Part shown: one piece after another, positions 1 through 11,765 of the stretch
Position numbering within the stretch: the stretch's first letter is position 1
How the letters are laid out: each line of letters begins with the position of its first letter
Source: Podarcis vaucheri
Taxonomy: Eukaryota
Strand: one strand, 5' to 3'
Assembly (NCBI GenBank): GCA_965113315.1
Contig: OZ220382.1
Length of the DNA stretch: 64,000 nucleotides
Program-made: the position numbers and the translations under genes
Notes under the pieces: generated by a model
Databases searched by the model: none
What the model saw: only the letters and a program-made list of their open reading frames with translations
What the model was told of the DNA's origin: nothing

Positions 1-145
1 CGAATGCCTCTAATATAGATCAGATCAGAATAGAATAGAATGATGAAGATCTTGAAGATGATGATGATGATAATATAGAAATGGAACAAACTAGATTTAT
101 GGGTAACCACAGGATAAAGCTATCTAAATCAGAATTAGACTAGTA

Positions 146-667
146 CAGAGGTTTTCAACCTTTTTGAGCCCACGGCTCCCTTGACTAACTACATTCTTTC
201 TGCAGCACCCCTGTGGGGTTCAGAAGCCCAGTTATGGCAGCCTCTCACCCTTTTTCAAATACCCTCCCTTGTGGAGTGTTCCCTCAGCATCCTCTCCTCT
301 CCTTGGGAGTCCTCCGAGCAGCCACTGCTTCCACCCCTGTTCTCTGAGCTGCCCCTCCTGCCCCAAAGAGAGGTACCTCCTCATGCTGCCTCACAGGGGC
401 CTGGGCAGAGGATGCCCCCAGCCTTAGTGGACCAATGGAAACTGGCCAAAGGTGAACATGAGGTCAGCACCTTAACTTGGGAGGCAGCAGTGGCAGCAGC
501 AAGGCAGCTGCAAACAAACAGATGTGCAAGCCTTTGGGAGACAGAGACACAAGAGGGCATTAGAGGAGAGAGGGAAAGAAAGTACAGAGGCCAGTGTTAC
601 CTGCGGCACCCCAGACCATCATTCAAGGCCCCCCAGCGTGCCACAGCACGCTTGTTGAAAACCACTG
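146..667. mobile_element. Non-autonomous hAT element
   Basis: TIRs CAGAGGTTTTCAAC / GTTGAAAACCACTG; 8-bp TSD gactagta/gactaata. Confidence 0.8.
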
Positions 668-864
668 GACTAATACTTCCACCCAGTACTGGCAAACTGG
701 CTGTGATGCAAAAACATAAAGAAGTTTTGGGAGCAGTATCTTCTTCCTGTCCCTAAATCTGAAGCTGAAAGGCATGGCAGGAAAACTGTCGGCCCAGCTT
801 TGCTTTGTAATTATTTTAACACTGGTGAAGGAGGGGGGGAAAGCAAGTATAACTGTGCTCCAAC

Positions 865-1060
865 CTGTGGGTTTTGGAAGAAGGTGGCTGCGTTATTTAA
901 GCACCCCCCAGCGCGGTTTAACAGTGGGTCTCGATTCTTTTTCCACTCTCCACGAATCATTTTCTTTTCCCAGGTCTTATGTATACTAAAAAAGGACGTG
1001 TTCACAATCCGGCAGACATCAGCATCGGTGAAGTTTTTGCACCAGTCTTCAAACGACATC
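865..1060 (-). CDS. CAPN6: Calpain-6 exon 8 (end of CysPc, start of CBSW/domain III); gene continues beyond window start
   Basis: gttag|G ATG...CAG|gttgga; 196 nt; MSFEDWCKNF...GEWKKNRDPLLNRAGGCLNNAATFFQNPQ (AGGC and NPQ motifs of domain III). Confidence 0.94.
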
Positions 1061-2256
1061 CTAACTCAGAGAGTAGAAAAAAATACAGTTGAATTTCCTG
1101 TGGACAGATAACACATGTGTTTTGGGGCACCGTGCTCCTCTCAGAAGATGAACATCTTAGTTTTGCACTGGGACATTCTGGAGGGTATGGTGGCACCATT
1201 CACATAACGAAACTACAACAGAAATATCCATGTTTTCAAAAGTAGGGGCTCCATGGCTTGGCTTTTGAAAAACAGAGGGTCCACAGTACTTAGCTAACTG
1301 GGAGCCACTGGCCTAGAGAGTCGCAGGATTGTGGCATAGGACATGGGCAAGGAAAGGATTTGAAATGCACAACACAGAGAGACACACACACACACTGTGG
1401 CGCACTTCAAATCCCTACCCTGCATCACTCCGTGGCTTTCCAGAAAAAGAAAAGAAACAAGTAAGAAAAATGTGGGATGTTCAATGCTCAGGACATCTCA
1501 TTTAGTCAATATATTTAAAAACAGAACAATTATTATTTAGGTAATTTAGCAGATGTGAAATACAACAGAAACAACCAGACCCGCAAACTCACCTACTACA
1601 CAAGCATGTATCTAATTGGTAGAAACAGCACATTCCCTTCTGCTGCTATCTCTCTGACTTAAGACCACACTAAAAGGTGGGGCATAGCTACAGACACAGG
1701 CATGGGGAATACCACACTAGTTTTACAGGTTACAATAATGCTTGCACTTCTGTCCCATTTTTCTGATGCTCCTTTCACCTGTGGTGTTATGGAACTGTGG
1801 TTTTTGGACTGATATACCAGCATGTCATGCTAAATTTCATTCATCCCAGTGGGCGTAGTGTGGCACAACAAAGAATGACAATTGTACCTTGCTACACTCC
1901 CACCCTTTCTGCACATGCATCCTTCCGTTCCCCCATGATTCCCTCAGGATAACAGCAGGGGGAAACTGTATGCTGGTATGATGTCACTGCAAACTTTATC
2001 ACTTCCCTAAGGAGGCTGCAATTTTTCCGGAATCAAATGACACAGAAATGAGCATAAAACATGCACTATCCTTCCATTAGTTTTCTGCAAGTAGCTTTTA
2101 CATTGTATAAATGTGGAAAATTAGCAGCCAGATCTAACAACACCTATTCTTGCAAGTCAGCAAGAGATGGAGTTAAGACCACAGAGCTGAACTGAGGAAG
2201 TATTTACTGTTCCCTCTCTCTCTTTCTCTTTGACCAGCAATGGGAGCAGACATATA

Positions 2257-2508
2257 CAGTGGTACCTTGGGTTACATACGCTTCAGGTTACATACGCTTC
2301 AGGTTATGTAATCCGCTAACTCCACTAACCCAAAAATAGTGCTTCTGGTTAAGAACTTTGCTTCAGGATGAGAACAGAAATCGTGCTCCAGCGGCACAGC
2401 AGCAGCAGGAGGCCCCATTAAGCTAAAGTGGTGCTTTAGGTTAAGAACAGTTTCAGGTTAAGTACGGACCTCTGGAACAAATTAAGTACTTAACCTGAGG
2501 TACCACTG
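2257..2508. mobile_element. Tc1/mariner (Tigger-like) MITE, family A
   Basis: TA|CAGTGGTACCT...AGGTACCACTG|TA; near-identical copies elsewhere in the window. Confidence 0.9.
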
Positions 2509-3413
2509 TATCTAACTATTCCATTCTCAGGCACATGCCTGAGGCTGTTAATACTGTAAATGGAAGTATTTCATTTACTTTACTGCTGTCGAGAATGAAG
2601 ACTAAGACTAAGAGCAAGTAAATCATATTTTAAACTGACTTCTCAGTCTGTTGTCTTATTTTCTGTTAAGTGGAGTAAGAAATGGGGAGCCAGCTGACTT
2701 TGCAGCTGGGCTTAGTTAAAAGAAGGCACAGCCTAATCCTATATGCTCTCCATTTTTCTTCTATGGATAGGACTTTAAACTCTGTGCAGTATATGTTCAA
2801 CCCACAAATGTGGGTGTCTGGAGGGGTAAATTGCAATTAATATATCCTCTCTTACATTAAAAAAACCCCATCTAAGCTCAACCATAATGTGGAAATTCAC
2901 AGGGAAGTGTTGGGGAAGTGGAATAAACTGCCAAGTAAATGCAGCCATAGAGACAGAAGTTGTTTGCTAGAGCGACTGAATGGCAGAAAAGTGCTTGGTT
3001 GGGCTAGACAGGAGAATACTGCAGGGGTGAGAGGAGAGAAAAAGAGGGATATCTTCAAGGAGTGGGTTGGATAGCAGAGATGGAGGGTAGAGAGATGGGC
3101 AGACGTCAGGACCAGCATCAAAGTTTGGCATGGCTGAGCATATACCAAGGGCTCCCAACCATTCAGAGGACCTCCTAAAAGAGCCACCAGGACCCACGGC
3201 ATTGAGTAAGTAGACTCACTGATGAGCAGTAGCTTGCCAAGGCCCTCCAAAACCTGGAGCTGAGGCTGGATGAAATGGGAAAGTGGTGGTGCTGGAGGCT
3301 GGAGCAGTGCCTTCACCCTAATTTCCCTCTTCCTGCCTATGAAATGTTATGGGCCTTTCGGTTGTCTTGACATATAAATATCTTAATGCTGCCTTAATGA
3401 GACCATTGCTCAC

Positions 3414-3491
3414 CAGAACTCTCCGTCATTTTCAATAGTGAGTCTTAATTTCTTCCGATCTGCTTGGCTCACCTTTTTCCACTCCTCTGAT
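3414..3491 (-). CDS. CAPN6: Calpain-6 exon 7
   Basis: ccccttcag|A TCA...TG|gtgagc; 78 nt; SEEWKKVSQADRKKLRLTIENDGEFW. Confidence 0.95.
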
Positions 3492-4501
3492 CTGAAGGGG
3501 AGGAAAAATGTTAAATCAAATAGCTCTTTCATTTGTATAAACATATATTTAAAGGGAAGAGCCATAAGCTGAGTGGTAGAGTATCTGCTTAGCATGAAGA
3601 AGGACCTAAGTTTAGTCCCAAGCATCTCCAGGCAGGGCTTATCAGGTTCATTGGTCTATTTTCAGGGGCTGCATGTAAAATTGTTTCTTAAAAAATGAGG
3701 TAGAATGACATAGTGGTTAAAGTGCCTGAATAGGACCTGGAAGACCAAGTCCCCCCTCAGCCATAAAGCTCACTGGGTGTGAAGATAAAATAGGGAGGGG
3801 GAAGAATCATGTACGAATGAGTGAATGAATGAATTTTGGGTTGACTTCCCTGGAAAAAACCCTCTTTACTGCTGAATCAAAGCAAACATCAATCCACAGG
3901 CAATCTGATTGATGTTTGCTCTGATTCAGCAGTAAAGAGTAGGTTTCCCAGGAGAAAAGTGGCAAGATGAGAGGAAGTGTGGAGGAGCCCACTTGTCTCT
4001 GTGTTTGCATGTGTATACATCATTTTGGGCACAAGTGGGGGATCCCATGAGGGTCTTCCCTATAAAACAAGAAACCTACAAAACTAGCATATCAGGGAGA
4101 AGACTATTTTACAACCATTTTCCTGGGTGCCCTAGTTTTCTATCTCCAGGCTAATGATGATTCTGCAGAAGCAGAAGGAAATAATTTGTAAGGAACACAG
4201 ACTGAAAATACATATATTTGCCCAAATTATTTCCTTCTGCTTCTGCATTAACATGAGTTAGAAAACAAGACAAAACCCACTGGTCCCACTAGCTAGGGAT
4301 GATGGGAGTTGTAATCCAAAAACAGCTGGAGACTCAAGTTTGGGAATCCCCGCTCTAAATGGAGCCAGCCACCACCATGTTGCCTCTGTCTTCATGTGTC
4401 CCTTGGAAATGTTTCCACACTTGAGAGTGTTTCTTTTAGCGTCTGCACCTCTCTCAAAAAGTGACAAGCATATCCTAAATATCAAAGCATGCTTTGCTTA
4501 C

Positions 4502-4695
4502 GAATCGCTCCATGGACCGTTCCACTCGCTCTTTCCCCAGGGGTTCCTCAACCTGATCATGAAGAGTTTCTTAGTCTTTTGCCATGGCACGCGCTTCTCT
4601 TCCAGCGGCATCTTCAGGATTTCTGTCACCGAGTAGGCATGGCCTTTGACCAAACCCATTTCAGTCTGTCCCTCAAATTCATCAGAGGACAAAGG
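4502..4695 (-). CDS. CAPN6: Calpain-6 exon 6, carries catalytic His253 and Asn285
   Basis: ccacag|CCT...TC|gtaagc; 194 nt; [11 protein letters not shown] and [18 protein letters not shown] motifs. Confidence 0.96.
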
Positions 4696-7600
4696 CTGTG
4701 GCATAAGAAAAACATGAATTAATGCAGGGATTTCAAAAGTCTTTGAGGATCACAGAATCTAGTATTTCCTTCTTCTTAAGTAATCCTCTGGATCCCTTCA
4801 TCAGTTTTGCCCCCCTGACCCCAGTATTGTTCTGACTTTAGCACAAGGTCCTATGATCCTCGAAAGCAAGGGTGGTGAACCTCTGACTCACGGGCCAATT
4901 TGGCTCCCAATGCCCATCTGCCCCAAATCTGACTTCATACGTGGCATCAGGGGTGGGGCAGGTAGAGACATAGCTGGCTCAGCTGCTCAACCAAGCTCCC
5001 TATAAGGAACTATATCACACAGCCCATCGCTACAGAAAACTGGCTGGAGGTCACTGCTAATCAGCACTGACTTCGAGCCTGCTGGGCCAGCAGTGCTTCA
5101 AAGCACCGTGCAGGACTCTCACCCCTTCCCAAAAAATACCTGCTTTTTTTGGGGGGGACACATGCTCTGACATGTTGTGTATTGCCTCTCTAGCACAGTA
5201 TAACTTTGGATAGTTTGGAACTGTTGTCTTAGCATCTCAGTTCATTGAGATTCATTGCCAGGATTTACACACCCCAGCTTTGGAAAGCATTAATTATCTA
5301 CTGAATTTTCTAGTCCTTATTGACCACACACCTCTGCTTCTAGGCTTCTTTCCTCTTACTTACTTGTCCATGTTCCAGACTGCCTGTTCCTATACACACT
5401 GCTGCCACCAATAATAACGGCAACTAAAGCAAAACATTCTAAAGCTGGGGGTGGGGTGGGTGAGTGAGGGAATAATAATAAAAACACAAATCAGTGAATG
5501 GTTTTCTAAAAGTCACAATCAGTGTTAACTAACGCCAAATCTGCCATGTCTGACCATAACTGCAGTTCACAGAGAATCACTTCATAAGTTATACTGAGAT
5601 CCACTGGCATTTCCCATGGGCTTCTCACCAGTCCTAACAATTATTCACTTGTATTCTTCACAAACAACACAGCATGCGTTTCCATGACAGCATAAGGAGT
5701 TATAGCACTAGTCCTTCTTGTTAAAGCTGCAAAGACTGAAAAAGATTTCCATTAATCTTGGTGGTGACTTGCCAACCTGAATTGTAACCCGCTTCCTTTT
5801 CAAATTTTATTTTATTACGAAAAGCAATTCTTAGTACACCAATATTTTCTGTATCCAAACGCAGGATATCTCAGTCACCTGATAAAACCAAAACATGTAG
5901 CATCACCTTTCTATTTTGAGTTATAAAGCTACACATTAATTAAAAACTCTCTGTGTAGAAACACGTAATAGCGTTTGCAAACACATCCACCTTTGCTAGA
6001 AGCTAAGTTGTGAGGGAAGCTCATTTAAGCTTGATGTTGAATTGATATTGCTCTTGTCCCCATGGAGCAATTTTCAGAGGCACAACTGGTGCAATTGAAG
6101 AAAACCGTCCATCACACAACCAATCAGCTCCTGTTTGTATGCTTCTTGATATTCACATTACTGTCGGCAATTTTTGCTTTTTTCCAAAACCAGAGTCAAA
6201 CTTGGGAATGTTGATGGACTTTCACATGGAGAATCTTACACAGCTTTTAATTTTCCATGCCATGTGTATTTTTACCACAGGTCAAGAGAAAACCATAGCC
6301 TTGAGTGTCTGAAACCAGTTGGCTAGATAAATGAAGAGCACCATATGCTTTTCTTAGCCACATCCGCTATTTACTCTTAATGCAAGCCAAATGGAATGTC
6401 TTCATACAAGATAAGAAGAGACAAAGAAAGACCTCGAGCTCAGTGCCTGCTCTGCACGTGGAGGGTCCCAGGTTGCATTTGTAACATCTCAGTGGGGAGT
6501 GGGAGAATGTCCACTGTCCGAAACCGCAAGACAGCTGCTGCCAGTCTATGCAGAAAACACTGGGCTAGTTGGAACAATGGCCTCCGTCCTGTGTTCCAGT
6601 GAGCTGCTACGAGCAATGTATTTTGTTCAGTCTATCAAAAGACTGGGGTGCTGCTTGTTACAGAGTCCTGGGTAAGATAGCCATTCTACAAATGAACATC
6701 ATGTTCACATAAGCCCCTGGGTTAAATCCATTCCAGGGCTTCTTTTAGCCCTGTATGGGTTTCCCTACTCCTCTGCATGCAGCTGCTAGTCTGTGTAGAC
6801 CAAATTGAGTTTGATGGCCAATGTCTGACTGAGGCTGCATTGGCATGGCAGTTTAATTCATTGGAGCTGGCATATAGAGCATGCTTAGTGCTTGTTTTCA
6901 TATTTGCTTCCAGGGAAAAAAACTGTCTGCAAATATTGGAAAGAGTGCTAAACATGGGCTATATTCCACTATAATTCCATGCAAGGGAGGCATGCAAGGT
7001 TGCTTCTACCCAGAAATTTGTCATCTTGATGCCAACAGAATGAAAGCATTATTGGGTCTAATAGGTATATAGGAAGCTCCTTTCTAAGGAGTCAGACCAT
7101 TGGGCCATCTAGCTCTCTGCTCTCTGCACTGACTGTCAGTGGTTCTCCAGGACTTAGGGCAGGGTTTGCTCCAATTCTACATGGAGATGCTAAGGATTGA
7201 ACCTGGGACCTTCTGCATGCAAAGCATATGTTCTACCACTCAGCTATGGCCCTTCCCCTTATATCATGCATTGTAAAACACACATGTGTGTATATACATA
7301 TCCCTTCACTGAATGTACACAAGTAAGTGGCCTATGAATGGTATAATAAAGGCAGTTTCGTAAAACTAAGACACCAAGAAACGCCATGTGATTCTTTGCC
7401 ATTTTCCAGGGTTTTGTCTGTTGTATAAAACCATTTTATAGGTTTTTATGTTGTATTTTAAACTATTAAGCAGTTTAGAACTGCTTGTAGGTTAAGTACA
7501 CAAGAAAATAATCACCAATGAGTGGTGATTACAAATTCCAGGAGAGTAGTTCTGCTGCATTTTATTTATTTGCATGCAAGTAAGCAAGCAAGCAAATAAA

Positions 7601-8430
7601 AAAAATGCAACACAACTGCTCTCCTGGAATTTGTAATCAGCACCAAATGACAATTTGTCTGCTGTAAATGAGTGTTTGGAAAATTGATTGTGACTATGAG
7701 AAATAAGCAACCAAACAAACTGGGAAGGCAGAAGCTTGGACTGGAAGCTGGAAAACTCTGCTTTATTCATCTATGTCTGATCCAGGAATTATTCATCCCT
7801 CGCCCTATTCCAAAGGGGGTGGAACCTCACATTTCTGTGAAGAGTCAAGAGCATAGCAAGGGACAGATTAGATTGCAGATTTGGTTTTCACAGCTTCTAT
7901 CCCCAGGGAGCTCTTTCCACACAGATTTGTCTTCCGACAATCCAGTGTGCCTTCAAGGGAACTACGGGTGAACTCTCACTCCATGCACAGCTCCAGACAT
8001 CTCTTACGCTTTGTCATTCTCCCATTGAAAATGTCAGTATGGAGTGTACATGCACATATACACACACAACTCAGGCTCCTGTGACTGCACTGCAGGGAAA
8101 GTGAAAATCAGCTCTTTTTAGTTCAGTCTTCCTACTGCAGACCCCCTATCACTCTTAGATAATTTGTTAGTTAGTGGGTTGGAGTATTGTTTCATTTATT
8201 GTTTACTAATGTTGTTTCTTATTATTGTTATGGGGTGGGGACTGGTTTTTTTTCTTATTTTTTGTTTCCCCTACCATGCTGTAGGGAATTTTTATGCATC
8301 ATATGAATCCTCCTCCACATTTGAATGGGATATATATTTTCAGTGTAGGCCTCTAAGAGACTTTCGGGGTGACAAGCAACTATTATTATAATTTTTTAAA
8401 ATGCTCCTTCTCTTAGTAATATAAAATTAC

Positions 8431-8623
8431 CATGATGTAACAGCTGATTAATCCTCCTCTTCTTTGCACCTTCAGCAAGTCTTCAAAGAGTTTCGCCCGC
8501 TCGATGATATCATGGCTGTAGTGGCCATCAATCATGTCAATGGATTCTGCAACTGCTCCTGTGAAGTCAACGATGGCCTCTGCGGTGTTGCCACCATCCA
8601 GGGCTTCATAAGACCCGGCCATC
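8431..8623 (-). CDS. CAPN6: Calpain-6 exon 5
   Basis: ccag|G ATG...ATG|gtaatt; 193 nt; MAGSYEALDGGNTAEAIVDFTGAVAE...RGGLISCYIM. Confidence 0.96.
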
Positions 8624-9202
8624 CTGGTGGTAACACAATGTATATTGAGGACACACCCAGATATATGAAGAAGGTTTCGCTGCTCCCAATGGGCTGCCTC
8701 CCTCCTCCTCCCCTCTAGAGGCATCGTGCTTACCTAGGTTTCATTTCCTTTGATAGGAGATCACTAGACTCTTGATGGTATTTTGTAATATTTGGGTTTA
8801 TTTAAAAATGCACGGGTTGGGCAAAGGTGGAGCAGGCAGAGCTTAAATACTCCAACCTATGGGGAAATCCACTACCCCACATCATATCTCCAGAGAAAGG
8901 CAGCCAGAACTCCAAAATGATGTAAGTTGGTCAAGCTAAAACTCAATTCTCTGCCTTGCCATCTCGCTAGATAGTCTTAGCCACCTACAAAAACTCATGT
9001 TTCCTATCATTTGTTTACCCAGAGACCTAGATCTCACCATCCTTAGCTCAGAGTGGGAGAATGAAAGGCATACACCCTTTAGTTATGTCCTCCTAGCCAT
9101 TTCCTGCAACTACCCACTCTCCTGCAGATAAGCCCCATTAAATTTGAACTAGAGTAGAATTGTGCTGTCAAGGGAGAGCTATGCATTACCTACAGGTATA
9201 GA

Positions 9203-9333
9203 CAGGGCTTCTTTTCACCCAGAACTTGCCAGAACTCAGGTCTGGCGCCTCTCAAGTGGGCACTATTGTCATTATAAGAGAACAAGGGTTCATGGTGAGT
9301 TCTGGCACCTCGTTTTCTAGAAAAATAGCACTG
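9203..9333. mobile_element. Small hAT-type MITE
   Basis: CAGGGCTT...AGCACTG termini; 8-bp TSD ggtataga/ggtatgga. Confidence 0.7.
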
Positions 9334-9687
9334 GGTATGGATACCTTGCTAACTTTATCTGGACTGTTGAGGGAGTCCATTATAGTACTTCTGTCTCCAT
9401 GAAATTTCTCGTAGGAAACCCTCCCAATCTGACCATGCTACATGTGTATTCTATGCACTGCAGGGAAAGTGAAAATCAGCCTTTCTACTGCAGACCCCCT
9501 ATCACTCTTAGATAATTTGTGTATTCTATGTAAGGCATGAGGTAGGAAGGGGCCCCAAGATCATCATGGGCAATTTGTTAACACCACTTGGTTTTGGTAA
9601 GATTGTAACATTTTGTAAGAACATTACAAGGCAGTGTTCATTTTGTTGAAAGAACAGAAATTGTGCCAAGTCAAAGCAATCACGTAC

Positions 9688-9896
9688 TTTGCGTAGGCCT
9701 TCTCCAGAAGGGCGCTCCAGAATTCATTGCGGTCGTTAGAATGGCAATAGATCAGCTCATTGTCTACAGTTGGCAAGCGGTCATCTATGACCACATCAAT
9801 CCATTCTCCAAAACGCCAGAAGCAGAAGTGAAATATCCCCACATTTTGATCTGGATTATCTGAAACCCAGTCCTGTTCCTCAACATATGGAACCAC
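9688..9896 (-). CDS. CAPN6: Calpain-6 exon 4
   Basis: ttag|GTG...AA|gtacgt; 209 nt; [10 protein letters not shown]...[24 protein letters not shown]...[13 protein letters not shown], a canonical CysPc segment. Confidence 0.96.
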
Positions 9897-10391
9897 CTAA
9901 AGTGTCCAAAGAAACAGAGAATTACTCCAAGCATTGAGGCAGGAAACATTTCTCGATTAACTGATAAAATGGATCCATTAAAAAAATAATCAGACCCCCA
10001 AAAACATGGATTTGTAATTGGGGAGGGGGAGACTTCCATTACAAGGAAACAATTTAAATTCCTTTTTAGTTAAGATCATTCTTATAGCCCTAGAAGAAAG
10101 GCTACTAGCTTTTCCTTACCAATCTCCTGGAAATCACCCAGAGATTTTTCCAGCAGACCCTGATCTTCCTGCTCGTCACTCTTTCCCTAACTGTAACTAA
10201 GCCCATGTATGTGAAACCTGAAATAACCACCATAGATATGCTCTCGCCTCCACTCTGTGCCCCCTGCCAGATTTCTAAAACTGGAGCTCTGCACCTTCAA
10301 CAGGGGCAGAATGTAGAAGAACAGACACGCCAATGGTTTGCAGCAAGTCATGCTAGTTTTCGTGGGTTAAACAAGGCAAGATGCTGGAGAT

Positions 10392-10441
<50 letters not shown>

Positions 10442-10446
<5 letters not shown>

Positions 10447-10699
10447 GGTTTTGGTGTCTTCGGGTGTCTTCCCGTGTAAGAGTCGGGGTGTCTGTGCGAC
10501 GTTTCGACGAGGTCTCACTCGTCATCTTCAGGCTGGTGCTTTCGGCTTCTTGTTACTGGAACAGAGCAGAATCTGGTGTTTGAGTTCCTATAAATACTGT
10601 TGAGGGGTCGAAACGTCGCACAGACACCCCGACTCTTACACGGGAAGACACCCGAAGACACCAAAACCTGCATTCCTGTACCCGTGAAAATCTACGAAA

Positions 10700-10701
<2 letters not shown>
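10442..10701. mobile_element. Penelope-like element remnant (inverted pseudo-LTR) inserted in a (TA)n tract
   Basis: Perfect 67-bp inverted repeat 10442-10508 / 10607-10673; CTGAAGA...GAAAC hammerhead core; (TA)n on both sides. Confidence 0.7.
10496..10533 (-). ncRNA. Minimal type-I hammerhead ribozyme motif (PLE-associated)
   Basis: Minus strand reads GC-CUGAAGA-U-GACGAG(UGAGAC)CUCGUC-GAAA-CG-UC-GC: conserved core, 6-bp stem II, palindromic ACGU in place of stem III; stem I is only 2 bp. Confidence 0.5.
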
Positions 10702-10773
<72 letters not shown>

Positions 10774-10788
10774 ATATGTATATATATA
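10702..10788. repeat. (TA)n-(TG)n microsatellite; a second (TA)n tract lies at 10394-10442
   Basis: Direct reading of the sequence. Confidence 0.95.
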
Positions 10789-10824
10789 GCACATCTATAT
10801 TTCAATTAGTTTCAAAAGGGGATA

Positions 10825-11049
10825 CAGTGGTACCTCAAGTTACAAACGCCTCAGGTTACAAACTCTGCTAACCTGGAAGAGTTCCCTCAAGTTGAGAACT
10901 TTGCCCCAGGATGAGAACAGAAATCGTGTGCCAGTGGCGCAGCAGCAACAAGAGGCCCCATTAGCGAAAGCACGCCTCTAGTTAAGAACAGTTTCAGGTT
11001 AAAAACGGACCTCTGGAATGAATTAAGTTTGTAACTAGAGGTACCACTG
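10825..11049. mobile_element. Tc1/mariner MITE, family A
   Basis: CAGTGGTACCTC TIRs, TA TSD. Confidence 0.9.
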
Positions 11050-11633
11050 TACAAGGTAGAAGGGATTGGTTTGGGACTGCAGAGCTGAGAGAAGAGGCTA
11101 AGCCTTTCCTCCCACACCTTCTTCCTGATACGAATCACCTCTCCTCAGATCCTATTTGCCCTGTTAGGGAAATGGATGGTTTTACAAAATTATTCATTCA
11201 GAGTAAATTGGTCAGCCAAGGATGAAGAACTTTTTTTAGATCAAGGGCTGCTTTGCATTCTTGGTGACCTTCCAGGGGCCACAATCATAGTTCCATCCAA
11301 TCAAAAACACTCAATCGGTGGATGAAGCCAAGTCTGTGAGGACTGTGGGCTTGGGGAGAGTTCTGAAGGGAAGAGGGCTGCATTTGACCCTGGAGGGCTG
11401 CATTTGACCCTGCCTCCCCATCCAGATGCGCTCATTAAAAAATCACTCATGGAAAGAAACACCAGTTGTTTCTCTCCCAAGATCAAAAGGACTTGGGATC
11501 CTAAACCACATATGATTTATCGTTATTACTGTCTAAAAGCGAAAGTATTCCCAGAGTAGCTGGCTTTAGCGTCCTTGACACCCATCGCTTTAGAGCCCTG
11601 GGAATCCTCGTCTGTTGCTCAGTAGCACAGTAC

Positions 11634-11765
11634 CTTTTGCCAGAGGTTCTGCCGAAGGGCCAGGCAAGAGCAGGCTGCCACAAACCAGCAGTTTCCCAGC
11701 TTCCCTTGGTGCAAGTCGTGGGAACTGATTCCATTGACAACCAAGTGAGGATCTTCAGAGAGCTC
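11634..11765 (-). CDS. CAPN6: Calpain-6 exon 3, aa 57-100, carries catalytic Cys82
   Basis: tttgcctttaaag|GAG...AAG|gtactg; 132 nt, phase 0/0; [44 protein letters not shown] (QGxLGNCW active-site motif). The ORF track misses this frame. Confidence 0.95.

Noticed and set aside
181-756. 191-aa ORF
   Set aside because: Lies mostly within a hAT MITE, has a non-ATG start, is antisense in an intron and shows no recognisable domain.
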